A stretch of DNA of 64,000 nt from the NCBI RefSeq assembly GCF_009914755.1, contig NC_060929.1; one strand, written 5' to 3'. The translations under genes were made by a program, and so were the position numbers. The number at the start of each line of letters is the position of its first letter. Position 1 is the first letter of the stretch. This document shows positions 57,339 to 64,000 of this stretch, piece by piece. The stretch is from the human T2T-CHM13v2.0 reference genome, Homo sapiens. The notes under the pieces are model-generated. The model was given only the letters and a program-made list of their open reading frames with translations, made no database searches and had not been told where the DNA came from.

Positions 57339-57569
57339 CAACCAGTTTTATTTTTCCCTGGGTCTGAATATCTGAAATTCTACATGGATAGCCAGCCCTT
57401 CAAGGCTTCAACCTTGCAACAATCAAAGGAAATCTTAGACAAATTTATGTATTTGACCCCTTTGGATTAGACTATAATCCTAATCCACTTGAAATAGTCA
57501 GTGTTAAATTTGATTATGTTTTAATCTTGCTATTTCATTACAGTTTTGCTTAAATGTCCACTGTCAGAG

Positions 57570-57812
57570 AGTACAGAATAGTGGTTAACAGGATAATTTC
57601 TAAAGCTAGTTGGCTTGGGTTAACAAGTATAGACAATAGGCTGCTCTGCCTATTAAGTAGCCATGCTTTTATTCTTTACTTCTTGAATAAACTTGCTTTC
57701 ACGTAAAAAAAAGTATAGATAATAAAAAGACCTCCCTCATGGCAACAGTTGAAAGATTGTTAGACTACGTAAAGTGTTTAGAACAGGCTCTAGCCCTATG
57801 TAAGTGTTTTAT
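57570..57812 (+). mobile_element. MIR, interrupted by a small retro-insertion
   Basis: ATAGTGGTTAACAG..TGGCTTGGGTT ... ACCTCCCTCATGG..CGTAAAGTGTTTAGAACAG..CTATGTAAGTGTTT. Confidence 0.65.
57639..57710 (+). mobile_element. Retrocopy of a MER41-type LTR R-region 3' end with poly(A)
   Basis: GGCTGCTCTGCCTATTAAGTAGCCATGCTTTTATTCTTTACTTCTTGAATAAACTTGCTTTCACGT plus an A-run; TSD AAGTATAGACAATA (57625-57638) / AAGTATAGATAATA (57711-57724). Confidence 0.85.
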
Positions 57813-57889
57813 TTATTTAATTACAATTTCTATGGATTTATTGTATTAATGTTGTACTGTAACACCTAAAGTTAGACTTTTTACTCACC

Positions 57890-60700
57890 AATGTTCAGCT
57901 TTTCTTCTCTAATTGAATTACTTAAGGCCATAAACTTACATCTGAGCACTATTTTACCTGTATTCCACAGGTTTTGACAAGGAGAATTTTATCATTGATA
58001 TCTAAATGTCTAATTTCCATTATAATTTCCAATTGGACCCAGAAGTTACTGATTATTAATTGGCTTTCTTACTAGATTTCAAAAGCATTTTTCTAGTTAT
58101 GTCTTTTTTTTTAAGTTACTGCATTAGATGCAATGTAATCACAGAATATTGTGTTTTTTTGTAAAGATCTGCAACTAGCTTTATGTCTTAGGATATAGCC
58201 AATTCTCAGAGAGACTTTGTGTTTTATATTTGTACAATATATTTAGCTTATTTATTGGTTTGTTCAGATATCCTATGACCCTATTTATAGCTTTTATGTG
58301 TTCTACCAATTATTAAGAAGGTAAGGCAAAAATCCCTCCAATATAATGACAGATTTTCTAATTCTCCTTGTTATTAAAAATTTTGCTAAATATATTCTTA
58401 GATGTATCAACTCAGAACATGTTTCTACTGAGTTGAAACATTTATATGCACTTTTCTTCCCTAGGGTGCTTCCTGACCAAAAAAATGTCATTTTTTATAT
58501 TAATATGGTCTAATCAGCATTCTTTTGGTGTGTAATTGATTAGCATTTGCCTTGTATGTTTTAAATGTATCCGCTTAGATTTACTAATAATGTATTTGCT
58601 ACCTTATTTGTTTATCTTTTCATTGTTTTCATTTCAGATATTACATACAGAATCACTTTCAGGAAACATCTTACTAGTTGCCTTAGAGAGGGTCTGTAGT
58701 GTCTAACCCTCAATTCTTATTTATCTAAAAATGCCCACATACTGTTCTCAGTTGCAATATTTTCAGTTCATATAAAAATCTGAGTTATGTAATATTTTTC
58801 TTTTACGAGCACTTTATTTGTTTTTCAGTGTCTACTGAATTCTTATGGTTGAGAGGTGGGTTTTCATGAGAATTCTCTCGTGCCATTGAGGATAACCTAT
58901 ACTTTCCTCTAGATGTTTTTTAAACCTTAGTTTTCCTCTTCTTAATTCTTTCTCTCAATTTCTTCAGTAATGTTGATTAGAGACATCCTATTTCTTCCTA
59001 TTTTCACTTTCATTTTTCGTGAAACTTTTTAAAATTTATTTACTGCTCTGTGTTGTATTCAGAATAACATCTTCAGATTTATCTTATGCTCACTAATGTT
59101 TCTTTAGATATTCATAATCTGATATTGTACCTGTCCAATTAGTGTTTATTTCAATTGCATTACTTTTCCCTTTAGTTTCCTTTAAAATCTGCTTCTTTTT
59201 ATATAACAATTTTGTTGAGCATGTTTTAATAACTTACATTATTTCAATATAGATATTTTATATTTCATCTGGTAATTCTAATATCTGATATTTTTATGGA
59301 CCTCACTCTGCTCTCTGCTTTTGATGTCAGTAGGAGTCAGACAGGTTCTTAGACAGAAAGGGGCAGGTCCCCAGTGAGGCCCAACCTTCAAGCCAGAGAT
59401 GGCCTGAAGCCCAGGGTCCACATTGCCAGTTCTGCCTTGAGTCCGTGATAGAGTGGGCACTTCCTTGATCCCTTTTGGCCAATCAGATGGTGCAAAAGCC
59501 CACCTATGGACAAATCAGCACATACTTTCTCTCACACATGGACCAATCAGCATGCACTTCCTGCACTCTGAGCTCATAAAAACCCCAGACTCAGCCAGAC
59601 TCAGTAGGAGCTACCCACTTTGGGTCACTCGCCACTGAGAGCTGTTGTGTCACTCAATAGAACTCTTCTCTGCCTTGTTCGCCCTCCAGTTGTCCATGTA
59701 ATCTCTTTCTACACGTTCCTGGCCTGCTTACTGGAGCTGTGGGTGGTGACATGTTCCCATTCACCAGACTGGAAGTGAAGAATGGTGACCCTTCTGGGGG
59801 CCCAGACCTCGGGATTCCCTGAGACACAGCTGTAACACTATAGCCCTCCCAACCTCCACCAGCACTGGGTGGGCACACCATGTGATGGGAAGCAGCAGCA
59901 GGGCTGGGCCAGCCCAGAAGCCATGGGTTGAAGTGAGGTGGCAGGACTAAATGAGCTGTAACACAAATGAGCTGAAACATGCCCTGCCAACTTTCACCAT
60001 GCTGTAGGTGATGGGAATGAAAGAGTTGTAACATGTGCCTCGCTAAACCCTTTGGGCTCTGTGATTGCTGACATCTTTGAGTTTTTGGGGGCCACCATGT
60101 TCCTCTCATCTGGACACCGATGCCCACAGCAGGAACCACTTCCAGTATGCCTGGTTCAGCTGCAGCCTTGCACAGAGCTGATGCCTGTGCCGGCATCTGG
60201 AGCTGCCTGCCAAGCCACAGCAGCTGGCACAGCTGGCTGTGCACAGTGGCCAGACTCTGTGCTCACATACTGACACACTTCTCGCCATTTCATGCCTGGC
60301 TCACCCTCGATGGGCATGGAATCTGGGCCAGTAGCATGAGTCAAGTGCAGCTTGCCTGACAGAGTGGGTGAAATGAGCAAAACTCAAGCAGAGGTGCCAC
60401 TGGCCACAGAGGTTTCCAGCAGACAAAGCAACACTCAAAGGATCCTGTGATATGTTGTCTGCTAGTCCTGAATAGTGTTTCATTTTTCTATCATGTTTTT
60501 TGTGATTTGTGACTATGAGTTTATATTCATTGGACTTTACTATGGCAATGCTTTTTGGCCTGATTTGAAATTGAATTTCTGCAGAGAATGTTTCCTACTG
60601 CTTCTGTCAGGCATGTAAAGGCATTACTTAGCCCACTTTTAAATTAAATTTTGGCTTTTAGGTGTTTCCTATCTATAAAGTTGTATAAATTTATGATGCA
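57890..60700 (-). mobile_element. Very old L1 (L1ME/L1M5-like) remnant, split by an LTR
   Basis: T-rich strand with TTAAGGCCATAAACTTACATCTGAGCACTATTTTACCTGTATTCCACAGGTTTTGAC and AAAATCCCTCCAATATAATGACAGATTT (antisense ORF2-like). Confidence 0.65.
59322..60452 (+). mobile_element. MER52/LTR28-family solo LTR (ERV1)
   Basis: GC-rich 1.1 kb; GGACCAATCAGCATGCACTTCC..CATAAAAACCCCAGACTCAGCCAGACTC..GCCACTGGCCACAGAGGTTTCCAGC..GGATCCTGTGATA. Confidence 0.85.
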
Positions 60701-62723
60701 AATCTGCAAAACCATGTTTATGTACTTTTAATATTATTCTTTCTCCTCACTCAGGGCAGTATTTCTTAAGATCATCTGATGAGGGCAAGTGGGTTTATTT
60801 TTCTATTTTACTTTAGTATGATCATATTCTTTGGGACACTTAAAATATGATAAGCTAAGGATCCTATTTTCTTTCTTGAATTTTCTGCAGAACAGGAAAA
60901 AATGACTTTTCAGTACCATGTTGTAGAAATGAGAATATGCATGTAACTATTGGGAAATAACTATATCACAGTCAACAATGTTTCTTTGACAGATTGAAGG
61001 GAAAATTGATTTTTTTAAGATCACAATTTACAAGAAAAATCTCTCACAACTCTAATCAAAAGTGATATCAAAGAACCATGAAAGCAAGAAGGCAATGTTA
61101 AGCGAAGAACTTTGGTTGCCTTATTAACTCTCTGTATTTAATTGTGGTCCAATTGGTTACCCATTTCAGTTGCCGAAGGTTTTGTTTTTGCTTTTGTTTT
61201 GAGCAGTTCAAATCATATGAGTACTGATATTTCAAAGCTTTCCATCTTTGATAGAAGTAATTTTTAAAAATGAAAAAAATCACTTATTTTCTTTCAAAAG
61301 AATTAAAATCATTTTACCTAAAAAATACCATTAAATCCATTAGACTTTTAAAAAAATAAACCTCAGATGCATTATGAGCTATCAGTGACATTATTTTCTT
61401 GTATTTTGAAACAGTATTTACCACTCATTACTCACAATTATTTCTAACTATTGTAAAAAAGACAAAAATAAGCACAATTAACAAGGATGGAATAGCCAAG
61501 CGGGGTCCTGAAATACTAAATTAAATTATCTTTCTTTCTTCTTGTGTTATACAAAGTATGTCATCATCTTTCAAGGAGTTATTGGACAAAAATGGAGACA
61601 TCATTTTTGTCATCACTTTGAAATTTCATTTAACGGAGTTGCAAATCCAGAATTTTCCATATTCTGTATTTAATGAGAAAGAGAAAACATTAACATAAGA
61701 AAGCATATATTATTACTAAATGAATCGGGAGATAAATACAATGCGACAGAGAACAGCCCTTTCAATGTTAATGTTAAAGGTTACATTAATCCTATTAGTG
61801 AACTTTCAGGCTGAATCTTCAGATGATGTTGTCCTAAATACATTTTCTTAAACTTAAAAACCGTGAATAAACAGTACATTCCCAAGAACGAAAGATAAGA
61901 GGGCATTATCACCTAGTCAGAAAGGACTTTATCTTACTTCAGTTAGATTTAAGACACAATTATCATGGAAGAATTTTTTTTAATATCCAAATACTTATTC
62001 TAAAAAAATAAACTTTGTTGAAATCATTGCTATCTATGCTGCCATTTTTAACAATCTAATTATGATTTTATGTCATAATACTGAGATGCAGGAATTTCAC
62101 TTTAAACTACAGAATGCACATTTTGAAACTGATATTTTTCTTAAATGTTCATGTGCTTTCTGTATTAAAGCATTGATTCTCATGTTACTATAAAATAGAA
62201 AACTCAGCTTACATTTTCAGCTATTAGTGTGTGTAACATATAATTACATATTGAACCTTAAAGGAAGAGTTGAAACTCCACTGAACTTATGTTACTTAAA
62301 GTTCACAAAGTGAATATTGAAAAAATATGACTATCTCTACCTCGATGACCCAGACCTGACACCTTCTTAAAAAATTCTTCAGGGACAAAATCAAATAAAA
62401 AAACCCAAAGAACATCTGTTTTGTATTTATACAATTATTGATAAATTTCGTGTTTTAATAAAAGTTGTTGAGGCCAACTCTACTCTTTGTTTAGGTACAG
62501 CATTTTCTAATTCTTCTACATTGTCTGTTACTACAACAGCTTACTAGGATAACAGCTGATTATCTGTCATCATGGGGTGTAACATTTAATGGAATAATTC
62601 TGGAAGAGGTCCTGGCCATATCCACAGATCTTAAGTGAGTTCAGAAGCAGAACTTAAAATTCATATGTTTGACATCAGTGTATGGTCAGTCACTGACCTT
62701 GGTTATCAGTTTCTCCTGACATA

Positions 62724-63774
62724 TATTACCAGGCAAAAGGGTCTCACTGCCTGATGCACTAGAAGCCAATACCATGACACATGGTTTTGAGGAAAAAAAA
62801 TAAAGCTTTATATTGAAAATTTACTCACATGGAGAAAGGAGTCAAGCTCAAATATTTCTATTTGTGCTGGTTTCAGGTCAGTATATTAAAAAATATTCAG
62901 CAGTGGATTCTGAGATTAGTAGGTGATTGGTGGAAGGAAAAAGCAGGTCTGGAAAGTCTTTGCGTATGCAAAGTTATCTCTTCATGTTACCTAATGGGGG
63001 TATGGTGGAGGCACCTAACAGCCATAATGGGATCCTACTTTGAGAGTGACCTTATGGTCCAAGAAGAATGTCTGCTCTGAGTTCTGAGCAAGGAATCCAG
63101 AAGTGGCCAGCTCATTGATTCACTCCTTATCTATGAAGGATGTCTGAACACCCAGCCCATTCCTTAGAAAGCAGACTGTACAGGGAATTGAAGTCCTATA
63201 TTTTGAGTTAAATGGAAGTTACTAGGCAGAGGGTGCTGAAAATGCTATATAAACTGCATGCTTTTTACAAACAATAGTGATTCTCCTGTCCAGCCCACTA
63301 CCACTAGACTGCCCCATATATAATTCTCCTCAATAAATCTCATGTCTAATTCACTGAGTTTCTAGTTCAGCCTCTCAGATATGGTTTCATCCATACTGGA
63401 GTCAGTAGGGGTCTGGAACAACAATGGGTCACATGGGCAAATTTGGAGGGAGTTAATATGAAACACGTGTGGAAATTTAGGCTGTGATGTCAGCAAGCTC
63501 ATTTGGTGTAAACTCCAGTCAACCATCTTGGCCCCAATTGATTTCAGCCAGATTTCTCTTTATCTCATAAGCAGAGGGAGTTTCAGTGTTTCAACAAGTT
63601 GTTCTTATCTGCTATCCTGCAAACTCAAGAATACATGTTAGCTTCTAGTTTCTCACTCTTTGGGGTACAGTTCCGGTTTCAGCTTTTAAGCAAGTTGCTT
63701 GTTTTTTTGTATACTACCCTGTAAGCCCAATAATTTCGTCATTAGTTTCCTTAACTCTTTAAGGCACAATTTCA
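62724..63774 (-). mobile_element. ERV1 (MER4-group) solo LTR, subfamily uncertain, split by LTR47
   Basis: TATTACCAGGCAAAAGGGTCTCACTGCCTGATGCACTAGAAGCCAATACCATGACAC..GGCACAATTTCA; TSD CATA/CATG. Confidence 0.7.
62999..63423 (+). mobile_element. LTR47-like solo LTR nested in another LTR
   Basis: GAAAATGCTATATAAACTGCATGCTTTTTACAAAC..TTCTCCTGTCCAGCCCAC..CTCAATAAA..GGGGTCTGGAACAACA; 5-bp TSD ATGGG/ATGGG. Confidence 0.8.
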
Positions 63775-64000
63775 CATGTGCTCCCTCCTTCCCTTTGCTT
63801 TGGTTATCTTTTATATTCTCCCACTTCCTATGATAGCATTTACCTGTTTTCTCACCCAACTATGTTAACTTTAACTTACCCTTAGGTCATGAAATTTACT
63901 TCTGTCTTATTAGTTTCCCTGTATCCTTGGATGTGTTGCATAATTATGTCAGATGTTATCAGTATTTCTAAATGAGACCCTTGACTCTATCCCCTTGGCT

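Overview
AT-rich, CpG-poor primate genomic DNA, probably human or another catarrhine (AluY, AluS, THE1A, MER11 and L1PA are all present). I find no credible protein-coding gene, RNA gene or CpG-island promoter. The ORF track is explained by decayed transposon frames, Alu/LTR sequence, a simple repeat, or chance. Well over half the window is transposable elements: a full-length Tigger1, MER44 and Charlie1 DNA transposons, several old and one younger L1, ten Alu pieces, three complete MaLR proviruses (THE1A, MSTB, MSTA), many solo ERV LTRs, and MIR/L2 remnants, often nested with readable target-site duplications (TSDs). The most notable items are: (1) a 386-bp almost pure-purine compound repeat that has replaced an Alu poly(A) tail and keeps long GR/GK/PS/PL dipeptide-like frames open; (2) a tiny polyadenylated MER41-type LTR 3' end inserted with an L1-style TSD; (3) a local inverted duplication at an L1 ORF2 start; (4) a few candidate non-coding exons and regulatory motif clusters. 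I found no evidence for a new multi-component biological system. Repeat subfamily names come from recalled consensus sequences and need RepeatMasker/Dfam confirmation.
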